Origin: Candidatus Omnitrophota bacterium
GTDB taxonomy: Bacteria; Omnitrophota; Gorgyraeia; Gygaellales; Profunditerraquicolaceae
DNA length: 53,790 nucleotides
Direction of reading: 5' to 3'
NCBI GenBank assembly: GCA_043812095.1
Contig: JBDRMO010000030.1
Span: forward strand, 1-53,790
How positions within the stretch are numbered: position 1 is the first letter of the stretch; each line of letters begins with the position of its first letter. Shown in pieces: positions 39,096 through 48,167 of the stretch. Below the pieces are notes generated by a model, which did not search any database, was not told where the DNA came from, and saw nothing but the letters and a program-made list of their open reading frames with translations. The position numbers were made by a program, and so were the translations under genes.

Positions 39096-40024
39096 AGACA
39101 AATAATATAGGTAAGCTGAAATTAAAGAATCCGCTGATGGTAGCTTCCGGCACCTTTGGTTACGCCGAGGAGTTTAAGGATTTTATTAATCTAAAGAAAC
39201 TGGGCGCCATCGTCACGAAAACCATAACTTTAGAGCCAAGGCGCGGTAATCAGCCTCCGCGCACCTGCGAGACTCCGGCGGGGATGCTTAATTCTATCGG
39301 CCTGGAGAACCCGGGGATTGAAGTTTTTCTGAAAGAAAAATTACCGACCTTATTTAAGATCGGCCCGCCGGTGATTGTCAGCATTTCTTCAGTAAAAAAC
39401 CCAAGAGAATTCATCGTGCTTGCTCGGCGATTAGATAAAATAAAAGAGGTGAGCGCAATCGAGATCAATATTTCTTGCCCAAACGTTAAAGACCTAAAAT
39501 CTAGAAACTATAACCTAGCACCTAGATTGATCTCTCAGGACGCAAGAGCCACCTATAATGTAGTGCGATCAGTGCGTAAGGTTACTAAAAAAACACTGAT
39601 CACTAAATTATCCCCCAATGTCACGGATATAATTGAGATTGCCAAAGCTGCGAAGCGCGCAGGTAGTGATGCGCTAGCTTTAATCAATACATTAAGCGGA
39701 ATGAGTATAGATGTAGATGCGCGCAAGGCGAAGCTCGCAGCAGTAAGCGGAGGTTTAAGCGGCCCGGCGATCCGGCCGGTAGCGGTAAAGATGGTTTGGG
39801 AAGTCTACAGCAAAGTTAAAATACCGATTATCGGCATGGGTGGGATCATGGATGTGGAGAGCGCTCTTGAATTTTTTATTGCCGGAGCGACTGCGATCAG
39901 CATCGGCACGGCGAATTTCATTAACCCCAAGGTGAGCATAGAGATTGCCGCAGGCATAAAACAATATTTAACGAAGAATAAAATTAAAAATATGCAGAAT
40001 CTCATTGGGAGCCTGAAAACATGA
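39092..40024 (+). CDS. pyrD: dihydroorotate dehydrogenase, class 1B catalytic subunit
   Basis: 310 aa with NPLMVASGTFG, EINISCPN and GGLSGPAIRPVA. Adjacent to pyrK. Confidence 0.93.
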   Translation: MKTNNIGKLKLKNPLMVASGTFGYAEEFKDFINLKKLGAIVTKTITLEPRRGNQPPRTCETPAGMLNSIGLENPGIEVFLKEKLPTLFKIGPPVIVSISSVKNPREFIVLARRLDKIKEVSAIEINISCPNVKDLKSRNYNLAPRLISQDARATYNVVRSVRKVTKKTLITKLSPNVTDIIEIAKAAKRAGSDALALINTLSGMSIDVDARKAKLAAVSGGLSGPAIRPVAVKMVWEVYSKVKIPIIGMGGIMDVESALEFFIAGATAISIGTANFINPKVSIEIAAGIKQYLTKNKIKNMQNLIGSLKT

Positions 40025-40770
40025 ACCCAAAACCTCAAATTATTCTCGCTTTAGATGTACCTACTTTAAAGGATGCAAAACGCATTGTTGATATCCTTTA
40101 TCCAATGGTAGAATTGTTTAAAATAGGTAGCCAGCTATTTACTGCTTCTGGGCAAGAAGCGATCAAAATGGTTGGAGAAAAAGGAGCGAAGGTATTCTTG
40201 GATTTAAAATTTCATGATATTCCTAATACTGTATATGGCGCAGTGGCGTCTGGCACCTCGAGTAGTATCGCGGTTACTCCAATTTCCACTGGGTCAGATA
40301 ATATAAGAGCTGAAGATCAAGTACAAGCCCCTGTTTTTATGATGACATTACATACGATCGGTGGTTTAGAGATGTTGAAGGCGGCCGTAAGAGGAGCATC
40401 AGATAAAGCGGCCAATTTAAAAATAAAAAAACCTTATCTCGTCGGTGTGACTGTATTAACAAGTGAGATCCCCAATAGTATCACTTCGGAGACAGTTTTA
40501 AAACGGGCCTCTTTGGCAAAAGACGCTGGATTGGATGGAGTAGTTTGTGCGGTATCTGAAGCAGAGATGATAAGGAAGAAGTTCGGCGAAGAGTTTCTTA
40601 TTGTTACCCCTGGCATAAGGCTTAAGGGAGATAGAAAAGGTGATCAGAAAAGGGTATCTACAGTCCAAGAAGCAATTAAGGCAGGGAGTGATTATTTAGT
40701 CATCGGCAGGCCGATATTGCAGGCCAAAGATCCTTTAATAGCAGCACAAGAAATACTAAAATCTGTATGA
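40021..40770 (+). CDS. pyrF: orotidine 5'-phosphate decarboxylase
   Basis: ILALDV, FLDLKFHDIPNTV, and IGRPI near the C-terminus. Confidence 0.9.
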   Translation: MNPKPQIILALDVPTLKDAKRIVDILYPMVELFKIGSQLFTASGQEAIKMVGEKGAKVFLDLKFHDIPNTVYGAVASGTSSSIAVTPISTGSDNIRAEDQVQAPVFMMTLHTIGGLEMLKAAVRGASDKAANLKIKKPYLVGVTVLTSEIPNSITSETVLKRASLAKDAGLDGVVCAVSEAEMIRKKFGEEFLIVTPGIRLKGDRKGDQKRVSTVQEAIKAGSDYLVIGRPILQAKDPLIAAQEILKSV

Positions 40771-40843
40771 TTTAGCGGGTGGCTTGGGCTGATTCCGAGC
40801 CGCGTGGTGCGGCGAGGAACAGGCCAAGACAGGACCCGCTAAA
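40771..40843 (+). other. 73-nt GC-rich rod-like hairpin directly after pyrF
   Basis: TTTAGCGGGT...ACCCGCTAAA perfect 10-bp closing stem. Nested inside are CTTGG/CCAAG, CTG/CAG, TTCC/GGAA and GCCGC-GTGGT-GCGGC. No T tract on either side. Confidence 0.6.
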
Positions 40844-40858
40844 TATGGATGAAAAGAT

Positions 40859-40886
40859 TTGAATTTATAGATAAATAGCTTATAAT
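40859..40886 (+). promoter_or_regulatory. candidate promoter of the V-ATPase operon
   Basis: TTGAAT (40859-40864), 16-nt spacer, TATAAT (40881-40886). Confidence 0.4.
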
Positions 40887-40912
40887 AAATATATTATAAA
40901 TATAAAGGACAG

Positions 40913-41518
40913 GTGATAGATATGGCAGAGCAGATTAAAGATTTGATCGAGAAGATTCAGCAGGAAGGCCTTAAGGTAGCTGAGGATAATGCCCGGGTAA
41001 TAGAACAGCAGGCCAGGCATCAGGCGGATGAGATCATTAAAAGGGCAAAAAAAGAGGCAGAGAAGATTGTTGCCGATGGTAAGGGTACGGTAGCGAGGAT
41101 GGAGCAAAGCACCCAGGCTGCGCTGCAGCAGGCAGGACGGGATCTGATACTAAGCTTAAAGAAAGAGATCAATGCCATGCTTGATAAGCTGATTGCATCA
41201 AGCGTCCATGAAACGCTTAGCTCCGGAGAATTGCTCAAGATCATCACAACGCTAATCAATAATTATAAGGGTAAAGACAAAGAAAATATTATTATTTCAC
41301 TGAAGAAAGAAGACCTGAAGAAGCTAGAGAAGGATTTATTAGCTGCGCTCGGCCGATCTGCTCAAAAGGGGGTTAGCCTTAAAGCTGAGGATGATATCCG
41401 CGGCGGCTTTATCATCAGTTATGATGCGGGAAAATCGCATTTTGACTTTACGGATAAGGCTTTAAGCGAATACATCGCTACATCACTTAAGCCGCAATTA
41501 AAAGATATATTGAAATAA
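40913..41518 (+). CDS. atpE: V-type ATPase subunit E
   Basis: About 200-aa coiled-coil protein (AEQIKDLIEKIQQEG...EAEKIV). First gene of the operon. The start may be ATG 40922 rather than GTG 40913. Confidence 0.75.
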   Translation: MIDMAEQIKDLIEKIQQEGLKVAEDNARVIEQQARHQADEIIKRAKKEAEKIVADGKGTVARMEQSTQAALQQAGRDLILSLKKEINAMLDKLIASSVHETLSSGELLKIITTLINNYKGKDKENIIISLKKEDLKKLEKDLLAALGRSAQKGVSLKAEDDIRGGFIISYDAGKSHFDFTDKALSEYIATSLKPQLKDILK

Positions 41519-42036
41519 TGCCTGCTTTTTATACCTATTTAATCTCGAGTCTCCCAATGCTGCAATTCGGGACAAAACAGCCCTTTGGATTTGATAAATT
41601 CCTCGAGATCTGCCAAGATAAAATCTCTCAAGATGAAATTGATATTATTAAGCAGCTTGCTGCGGAGTTCGATTATCAAGGTACTCAGCCCACCTTAGAG
41701 AAATGGCGTGCTTTTGATACCGCCTTAAGAAATGAATTAGTTAAAATCAGAGCAATTCATCAACATCTAGATCCTTTGAAATATATTCGTAAAGAGGAAG
41801 CCTTTTCGTCGTATATTGCGCATATTGCGATTAACGCACAGAGAAATCCCTCGGTTTTAGAGGCCGAGAAAATGCTCGATCAGGAAAGATGGAATAAATT
41901 AGAGGAATTAGCTTTGGGCCATTATTTTGACCTGGATGCTTTAATCATCTATGCGCTGAAACTGCAGATCTTGGAACGTTGGGAGAGGATTTATAGCACA
42001 GATAAGGCTCAATTGATTAGCGGGGTATTGAATTAA
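41518..42036 (+). CDS. DUF2764-like V-ATPase-associated protein
   Basis: 172 aa, MPAFYTYLISSLPML. Occupies the slot between E and A, as in Bacteroidetes/Chlamydia-type V-ATPase operons. Confidence 0.55.
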   Translation: MPAFYTYLISSLPMLQFGTKQPFGFDKFLEICQDKISQDEIDIIKQLAAEFDYQGTQPTLEKWRAFDTALRNELVKIRAIHQHLDPLKYIRKEEAFSSYIAHIAINAQRNPSVLEAEKMLDQERWNKLEELALGHYFDLDALIIYALKLQILERWERIYSTDKAQLISGVLN

Positions 42037-42037
42037 A

Positions 42038-43774
42038 ATGGCGACAAAGAGAAGAGGGCGTATAGTTAAGGTTAGCGGCAATATGGTGACGGTGGAGACT
42101 AATGATTTCATCGTTCAGAATGAAGTCGCCTATATCCTGCATGGCCAAGAGCGTCTTAAATCTGAGGTTATTCGCGTAAGAGGCAATAGGGCAGAGACTC
42201 AGGTCTTTGAAAATACCGCAAGCCTGCACATCGGAGAAGCAGTGGAATTTACCGATGAGCTTTTGTCGGTCGAGCTCGGCCCAGGGCTCTTAGGCCAGAT
42301 CTTTGATGGTTTGCAAAATCCTCTTCCCGAAGTAGCCAAAATTTGTGGTTTCTTTTTAAAGCGCGGGGTTTATTTAGAAGCCCTGCCTGATGGAGCAGAG
42401 TGGAAATTTACCCCGACTGTAAAAGTTAAAGAGAAGTTACGCGCCGGAGGAAAGCTGGGGTTTGTTCCGGAGAAAATATTTAAACACTACATTATGGTCC
42501 CTTTTGCGCTGCAGGGCGTTTTGGAAGTTGTCAGCATCGCCGGGCCTGGAAAATATAATCTAAAACAGCCGATCGCTAAACTAAAAGATCAAAATGGTAA
42601 AGTGCATGAAGCATTCCTGCAGCAGATCTGGCCGATAAAAGTTCCGATTAGAGCGTATGCCGAGAAATTGAAACCGATAGATACCTTAGTAACGAAGATG
42701 CGTTTGATTGATTCACTCTTTCCGGTTGCCCGCGGCGGTACGTATTGTATCCCCGGTCCGTTCGGCTCAGGGAAAACCGTTTTACAGCAATTAACCAGCC
42801 GCCATGCCGAGGTCGATATAGTGATTATTGCTGCCTGCGGTGAGCGCGCAGGTGAAGCAGTCGAGACGCTTAAAACATTCCCTGAATTAATCGATCCTCG
42901 TACAGGAAAGCCGCTGCTTGACCGTACAGTAATTATGGTTAATACCAGTGCGATGCCGGTAGCATCCAGAGAATCGGGTGTTTATACTGCGGTGACGATC
43001 GCAGAATATTACCGCCAGATGGGGTTGCATGTTCTGTTATTGGCGGATTCAACTTCCCGATGGGCACAGGCAATGAGAGAGATGTCCGGCAGGCTGGAGG
43101 AGATCCCCGGCGAAGAGGCATTCCCCGCATATCTTGAGTCGCGCATTGCTTCATTCTATGAAAGAGCGGGCATAGTAAGATTACATGATAGTTCATTAGG
43201 CTCTGTGACTATCGGCGGTACGATCAGTCCTGCCGGAGGAAACTTTGAAGAACCGGTAACTCAGGCGACCTTAAAAGTAGTAGGGGCATTCCATGGGTTA
43301 TCCCGCGAGCGTTCTGATTCCCGTCGCTACCCGGCGATCGATCCCTTAATCAGTTGGAGCAAATATCCAAGTTTCATTGATCAAGCGCAGATGCAGCGGG
43401 GCCATCAGATTTTGCATAAGAGTAATGAGGTTGCACAAATGATGAAGGTGATCGGAGAAGAGGGCACGGCACTGGGAGATTTTATCACCTATCTTAAAGG
43501 TGATTTTTTTGATTTTATATATTTACAGCAGAATGCCTATGACGCGGTAGATGAGTCAAGCAGTGCCCAGAGGCAAAAATACGTCTTTAATTTTATTTAT
43601 CAGATATTAGAAGCTAATTTTGGTTTTGAAAACAAAGATAAAGCGCGCTATTTCTTCCAGCGTTTAAGACAACAGTTCCACGGATGGAATTCTGCTGCTT
43701 GGGATTCTAAAGAGTTTAAAGAAATCGAAATTGAGATGAAAGCTACGATAGAAGAGAGCAAGATTAAAATTTAA
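42038..43774 (+). CDS. atpA: V-type ATPase catalytic subunit A
   Basis: 578 aa, Walker A GPFGSGKTV, LLADSTSRWAQAMRE, and the non-homologous insert typical of A subunits. Confidence 0.95.
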   Translation: MATKRRGRIVKVSGNMVTVETNDFIVQNEVAYILHGQERLKSEVIRVRGNRAETQVFENTASLHIGEAVEFTDELLSVELGPGLLGQIFDGLQNPLPEVAKICGFFLKRGVYLEALPDGAEWKFTPTVKVKEKLRAGGKLGFVPEKIFKHYIMVPFALQGVLEVVSIAGPGKYNLKQPIAKLKDQNGKVHEAFLQQIWPIKVPIRAYAEKLKPIDTLVTKMRLIDSLFPVARGGTYCIPGPFGSGKTVLQQLTSRHAEVDIVIIAACGERAGEAVETLKTFPELIDPRTGKPLLDRTVIMVNTSAMPVASRESGVYTAVTIAEYYRQMGLHVLLLADSTSRWAQAMREMSGRLEEIPGEEAFPAYLESRIASFYERAGIVRLHDSSLGSVTIGGTISPAGGNFEEPVTQATLKVVGAFHGLSRERSDSRRYPAIDPLISWSKYPSFIDQAQMQRGHQILHKSNEVAQMMKVIGEEGTALGDFITYLKGDFFDFIYLQQNAYDAVDESSSAQRQKYVFNFIYQILEANFGFENKDKARYFFQRLRQQFHGWNSAAWDSKEFKEIEIEMKATIEESKIKI

Positions 43775-45079
43775 ATGCGTAAAGTCTATACTAATATTAT
43801 TCAGATTGCCGGAGATGTGATCACCGTTGAAGCCGAAGGCATCGGCTATATGGATATTGCCGAGATTACAACTAGGCAGGGGGTTTCTTTGGCCCAGGTT
43901 ATACGCCTAGATGGTAAGAGAGCGTCGCTGCAGGTTTTTGCCGGAAGCCGGGGGATCTCTACAAAAGATCAGGTGCGTTTCTTAGGGCACCCGATGCGCA
44001 TCGCAAGCGGAGATGATCTTTTAGGCAGGATCTTTAACGGCAGCGGTCAGCCTTTAGACAAAGGGCCGAGCTTGTCACAAAATATGATCGATATCGGCGG
44101 CCCGCCGGTTAATCCGGTAAAAAGAATCATCCCCAATAAAATGGTGCACACCGGAATACCGATGATCGATGTCTTTAATTCATTGGTGGAATCGCAGAAA
44201 CTACCGGTATTCTCCGTCGCCGGGGAACCTTACAATGAATTATTAGCCCGGATTGCTATCCAGGCAGAAATAGATATTATTATCTTGGGTGGAATGGGCT
44301 TAAAATATGATGACTACCTATTTTTTAAAGAGACGTTGGAGAAGCACGGCGCAATATCGCGTTCGGTATTCTTTATTCATACTGCTTCTGATCCGACGGT
44401 AGAGTGCCTTTTGGTTCCTGACATCAGCTTGGCTGCGGCAGAGGAGTTTGCCTTAAGAGGAAAACGCGTTTTAGTCCTGCTAAGCGATATGACTAACTTC
44501 GCCGATGCCTTAAAGGAGATATCGATTACCATGGAGCAAGTGCCCTCTAACCGCGGATACCCCGGGGATCTTTATACACAGTTGGCCCAGCGTTATGAAA
44601 AAGCAGTTGATTTTGATACTGCCGGTTCAATAACCATATTGGCGGCAACCACGATGCCAGGAGATGATGTTACTCATCCGGTTCCGGATAATACCGGCTA
44701 TATTACTGAAGGACAGTTCTATCTTAAGGGAAAAGTCATCGAGCCATTCGGCTCGCTGAGCCGTTTAAAACAACAGGTCAACGGCAATACCCGTGCGGAT
44801 CATCGTGCGATCATGAATACGATGATACAGTTGTTTGCCAGTTACCGCGAGACTCTGGAAAAACAATCAATGGGTTTTCAAATGAGCTCCTGGGATGAGA
44901 AGCTCCTAAAATACGGAAAGGCCTTTGAAGAAGAGATGATGTCTCTGGAGGTTAATATTCCACTGGAGAAGGCGCTGGATTTAGGCTGGCAGATCTTAGC
45001 TGATTGCTTTACTCCCGAGGAGACGGGGATTAAGAAAGCATTAATCGAAGAATATTGGCCTAAGACCAGTAACTTGTAA
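43775..45079 (+). CDS. atpB: V-type ATPase subunit B
   Basis: 434 aa with [28 protein letters not shown] and [12 protein letters not shown]. Confidence 0.95.
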   Translation: MRKVYTNIIQIAGDVITVEAEGIGYMDIAEITTRQGVSLAQVIRLDGKRASLQVFAGSRGISTKDQVRFLGHPMRIASGDDLLGRIFNGSGQPLDKGPSLSQNMIDIGGPPVNPVKRIIPNKMVHTGIPMIDVFNSLVESQKLPVFSVAGEPYNELLARIAIQAEIDIIILGGMGLKYDDYLFFKETLEKHGAISRSVFFIHTASDPTVECLLVPDISLAAAEEFALRGKRVLVLLSDMTNFADALKEISITMEQVPSNRGYPGDLYTQLAQRYEKAVDFDTAGSITILAATTMPGDDVTHPVPDNTGYITEGQFYLKGKVIEPFGSLSRLKQQVNGNTRADHRAIMNTMIQLFASYRETLEKQSMGFQMSSWDEKLLKYGKAFEEEMMSLEVNIPLEKALDLGWQILADCFTPEETGIKKALIEEYWPKTSNL

Positions 45080-45103
45080 CTAGTAATTCGTAACTCGTAA
45101 TAT
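45069..45103 (+). repeat. heptanucleotide tandem repeat (GTAACTN x5) spanning the atpB stop
   Basis: GTAACTT GTAACTA GTAATTC GTAACTC GTAATAT. The atpB TAA (45077-45079) lies in unit 2. Confidence 0.85.
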
Positions 45104-45116
45104 TTAGGAAAATATT

Positions 45117-45734
45117 TTGGCAAAAATCAAACTGACTAAAGGGGAATTAAAGAGGCAGCGTGATGCCTTGGCGCAATATCAACGCTATCTGCCTACATTA
45201 CAGCTTAAGAAACAACAGTTACAGATAGAGATTTTGCAGCAATCGCAGATCTTGGGGAGCGCAAAACAAAAAGAAGCAGCCAAAAGAAATGAAATTACAC
45301 GCTGGGCAGGATTGCTCTCTGATCAGGGGGTTGATCTTAAGCCATGGGTTAAGCCGCAAGAGATATTTACCGGAGTAAGAAATATCGCCGGAGTGGATCT
45401 GCCTGTTTTTCAGCGCCTGGATTTTAAAGTTGCGGAATACGACCTATTTATTATGCCTTTATGGGTGGATCGGGGCCTGGATGCATTGCAGGCATTAATC
45501 AGTATCCTGGAAGAAAGAAAGGTTATTGAAAAAGGAATCATAATTTTAAGGCAGGAGTTACGGATTACTACTCAGAGGGTTAATTTATTCGAAAAAGTTA
45601 AAATCCCGGAGGCCCGGGAAGCAATACGTTTGATCAAGATCTATATCGGCGATCAGATGACTAATGCCGTAGGCAGAAGCAAGATGGCAAAGAGGAAGAT
45701 CGAGGCTTTAGAGTTAAGTGAAGCCATAGCTTAG
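45117..45734 (+). CDS. atpD: V-type ATPase subunit D
   Basis: 205 aa with a TTG start, AKIKLTKGELKRQRDALAQYQRYLPTLQLKKQQL. Position after B. Confidence 0.85.
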   Translation: MAKIKLTKGELKRQRDALAQYQRYLPTLQLKKQQLQIEILQQSQILGSAKQKEAAKRNEITRWAGLLSDQGVDLKPWVKPQEIFTGVRNIAGVDLPVFQRLDFKVAEYDLFIMPLWVDRGLDALQALISILEERKVIEKGIIILRQELRITTQRVNLFEKVKIPEAREAIRLIKIYIGDQMTNAVGRSKMAKRKIEALELSEAIA

Positions 45735-45871
45735 CGAACGATAGTGAAGCTAAGCTATTCGGCTGAACTTACCCCCACACCAATTGGGAATTCAAGCTTC
45801 GCTATTGACCAATTGGTGTGGGGGTCAAAATCGCCCAAACAACTTACGTTCATTATCATTCCGTAAGTTGT
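45726..45871 (+). repeat. three consecutive perfect hairpins between atpD and atpI, including AACTTAC-family copy 2
   Basis: H1 is ATAGCTTAGC/GCTAAGCTAT (45726-45758, encloses the atpD TAG). GAACTTACCC precedes H2, a 16-bp stem CCCCCACACCAATTGG/CCAATTGGTGTGGGGG (45772-45824), followed by GGGTCAAAATCGC. H3 is ACAACTTACG/CGTAAGTTGT (45839-45871). Confidence 0.8.
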
Positions 45872-45893
45872 GGGCTCATTTGAGGCAGTTTAT

Positions 45894-47672
45894 ATGATCG
45901 TTCCAATGAAAAAAATTACCGTACTTGTTCAGCCTAAGGATGCAGCCTCCTCAATTGCCAAACTGCGCTCTCTGGGAGTATTGCACATAGAGCATCAGCA
46001 GCCGCCTCTAAGTCATGATCTCAGCGAGCTTCAGGATGATCTTGCTTTAATCGATTCTGCCTTAGGAGTGCTCTTGGAAGCAGGCAACTCTCAAGAGCCA
46101 AAGGATTGGAAATTTACTGCCCGCCACATTATTGATCTTAGAAAAAGGGTTGAGCAATTAGAGGAGTATTCCCGAACACTGAAGAGCAAGATCAGCCAAT
46201 GGAGAGATTGGGGGGATTTTGACCCGCAAGCAATAGAGAAGTTTACTGAAAAGAAGATATATGCGAAACTCTATCAGATCCCCGCTAAAGAGATCAAGAA
46301 GCTTGAGGCGAATTTGATTGTAAAGAAGATTGCGATAACAAGAGGGATTGCGCATTGCTTAGTTATCTCGTGTGAGAATTTCCAGATCCCCTATAAAGAA
46401 TTATCCTTACCCAAGATGGGATTAAAGATGATGCAGGATAGGCTTGCTGAGGATATAAAAGTAGTTGCGTCCCTAAAGCAGGCTATTCTTCAGCACCGCT
46501 GTTTTTATCAAAGTCTTCTCAAGGAGAAAAGATCAAAAGTTTCAGAGTTAGAATTTCAGCAAGCGTTAAGCGGAATGGGTCAGAGCGGCGATATCTCTTA
46601 CTTAAGCGGATATACTCCCTTTGATACTGTAGATAGCTTAGAAGAGACTGCACGTCGGGAAAAGTGGGGGATGGTGGTAAGCGAGCCATCAGATGAAGAT
46701 AGGGTTCCGACTTTAATTCGTAATCCGCGCTGGGTTTCCATTATCAGCCCGATCTTTAAAGTGATTGAAGTGGTTCCGGGGTATAAAGAGTTGGATATCA
46801 GCTTATGGTTTCTGATCTTCTTCTCTATCTTTTTTGGCATGTTGATCGGAGATGCGGCTTATGGATTTATATTTTTGCTGTTTACTTTCTTAGCTCAGAT
46901 GAAATGGGGGAGGAAGCTTAAAGAAAAATCTGTTTTTAATCTCTTTTATATTCTAAGTAGTTGTGCGATTATCTGGGGGGTGCTCTCAGGAACATTCTTT
47001 GGGCAGGAGTGGTTGCCTCAATGGGTAAGGCCGGTTGTCCCTGCCCTACGCAGTGATAAAAATATTCAAACCCTCTGCTTTTTGCTCGGTGCGACACATT
47101 TAAGCATTGCCCATCTATGGCGCGGGGTTATAAAATACCCCTCTCTTAAAGCATTATCTGAAGTTGGCTGGGTGCTTATCATCTGGGCAGCGTTCTTCCT
47201 GGCGAAACTATTGATTCTAGGAGATGCTTTCCCAGGATTTATGAAATGGTTTTTGATTACCGGAGCAGGCTTAGTATTGCTTTTTACCAATCCCAGGAAG
47301 AATATTCTCAAAGGTCTGGGTGCGGGGTTAGGGAATCTGCTTTTAAACTTAGTGAATAACTTTACCGATGTAGTTTCTTACATTCGTTTATTCGCTGTGG
47401 GTTTGGCTACGGTTGCCGTGGCTGATTCTTTTAATAAAATGGCTTTAGGCGTGGGATTTAGTAGTATTTCTACAGGGATACTTACGGCTTTTATTCTTTT
47501 ATTAGGGCATACTTTGAATATTCTGCTTGGCCCGATGTCGATTTTAGTGCATGGCGTCAGGCTGAATGTTTTGGAATTTTGTAATCATCTGGATATTAAG
47601 TGGAGCGGGTTTGCTTATAAACCATTAAAAGAAGGAGATAGCTATGCCGACGGGAACATTATTTCAGTTTAG
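45894..47672 (+). CDS. atpI: V-type ATPase subunit I (a-subunit, membrane stator)
   Basis: Soluble N-terminal half plus a multi-helix C-terminal half (RLFAVGLA, HGVRLNVLEF). ATG 45894 (GAGG 8 nt upstream) is preferred to the track's GTG 45870, which lies inside hairpin H3. Confidence 0.88.
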   Translation: MIVPMKKITVLVQPKDAASSIAKLRSLGVLHIEHQQPPLSHDLSELQDDLALIDSALGVLLEAGNSQEPKDWKFTARHIIDLRKRVEQLEEYSRTLKSKISQWRDWGDFDPQAIEKFTEKKIYAKLYQIPAKEIKKLEANLIVKKIAITRGIAHCLVISCENFQIPYKELSLPKMGLKMMQDRLAEDIKVVASLKQAILQHRCFYQSLLKEKRSKVSELEFQQALSGMGQSGDISYLSGYTPFDTVDSLEETARREKWGMVVSEPSDEDRVPTLIRNPRWVSIISPIFKVIEVVPGYKELDISLWFLIFFSIFFGMLIGDAAYGFIFLLFTFLAQMKWGRKLKEKSVFNLFYILSSCAIIWGVLSGTFFGQEWLPQWVRPVVPALRSDKNIQTLCFLLGATHLSIAHLWRGVIKYPSLKALSEVGWVLIIWAAFFLAKLLILGDAFPGFMKWFLITGAGLVLLFTNPRKNILKGLGAGLGNLLLNLVNNFTDVVSYIRLFAVGLATVAVADSFNKMALGVGFSSISTGILTAFILLLGHTLNILLGPMSILVHGVRLNVLEFCNHLDIKWSGFAYKPLKEGDSYADGNIISV

Positions 47673-48093
47673 GGATTTGGGAGTTGGAGCAATATTAGCC
47701 TTTGCTGCGATGGGCTCAGCTTTTGGTACCGGGATTGCCGGTATGGCTGCAGTGGGGGCATGGAAGAAGGCGTTTAGCCAAAATAAGGCAGCCTCATTTT
47801 TGATCATTGCCTTTGTCGGTGCGCCCCTGACACAAACGATTTATGGTATGATCATCATGAACAGGATGGCTGAGCTTGCAATCAAAGGCATCTACTTATG
47901 GGGTGTCGGGGTATTAGGCGGCATTGCTATTGGTGCTTCAGCGCTGATGCAGGGAAAGGCCGGAGCAGTTGCCTGCGATGCTATGGGGGAAACCGGTAAA
48001 GGTTTCGGTAATTATATCGTGGTTTTAGGGATCATTGAAACGGTTGCGCTCTTTGTGATGGCTTTTATTATGGGTTTACTTGGTAAATTCTAA
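47644..48093 (+). CDS. atpK: V-type ATPase proteolipid subunit K (4-TM c subunit)
   Basis: 149 aa with two hairpin repeats and IETVALF carboxylate in the last helix. GGAG lies 7 nt upstream. Overlaps atpI by 29 nt. Confidence 0.9.
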   Translation: MPTGTLFQFRDLGVGAILAFAAMGSAFGTGIAGMAAVGAWKKAFSQNKAASFLIIAFVGAPLTQTIYGMIIMNRMAELAIKGIYLWGVGVLGGIAIGASALMQGKAGAVACDAMGETGKGFGNYIVVLGIIETVALFVMAFIMGLLGKF

Positions 48094-48108
48094 TGTTGTT
48101 TTTCCTCT

Positions 48109-48137
48109 TTGACAAAATCGAACTTCTATATTATTAT
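48109..48137 (+). promoter_or_regulatory. candidate promoter for the HTH/LAGLIDADG-like gene
   Basis: TTGACA (48109-48114), 17-nt spacer, TATTAT (48132-48137). GGAGG lies at 48156-48160. Confidence 0.45.
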
Positions 48138-48167
48138 ATATTTATATAATAACCTGGAGGTTCGTAA

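Noticed and set aside
45782-45800. Cluster of CAATTG, GAATTC and AAGCTT sites in the H2 hairpin, suggesting cloning-vector contamination
   Set aside because: The sites lie in the stem and loop of a native-looking palindrome flanked on both sides by V-ATPase genes. No vector backbone sequence is adjacent.
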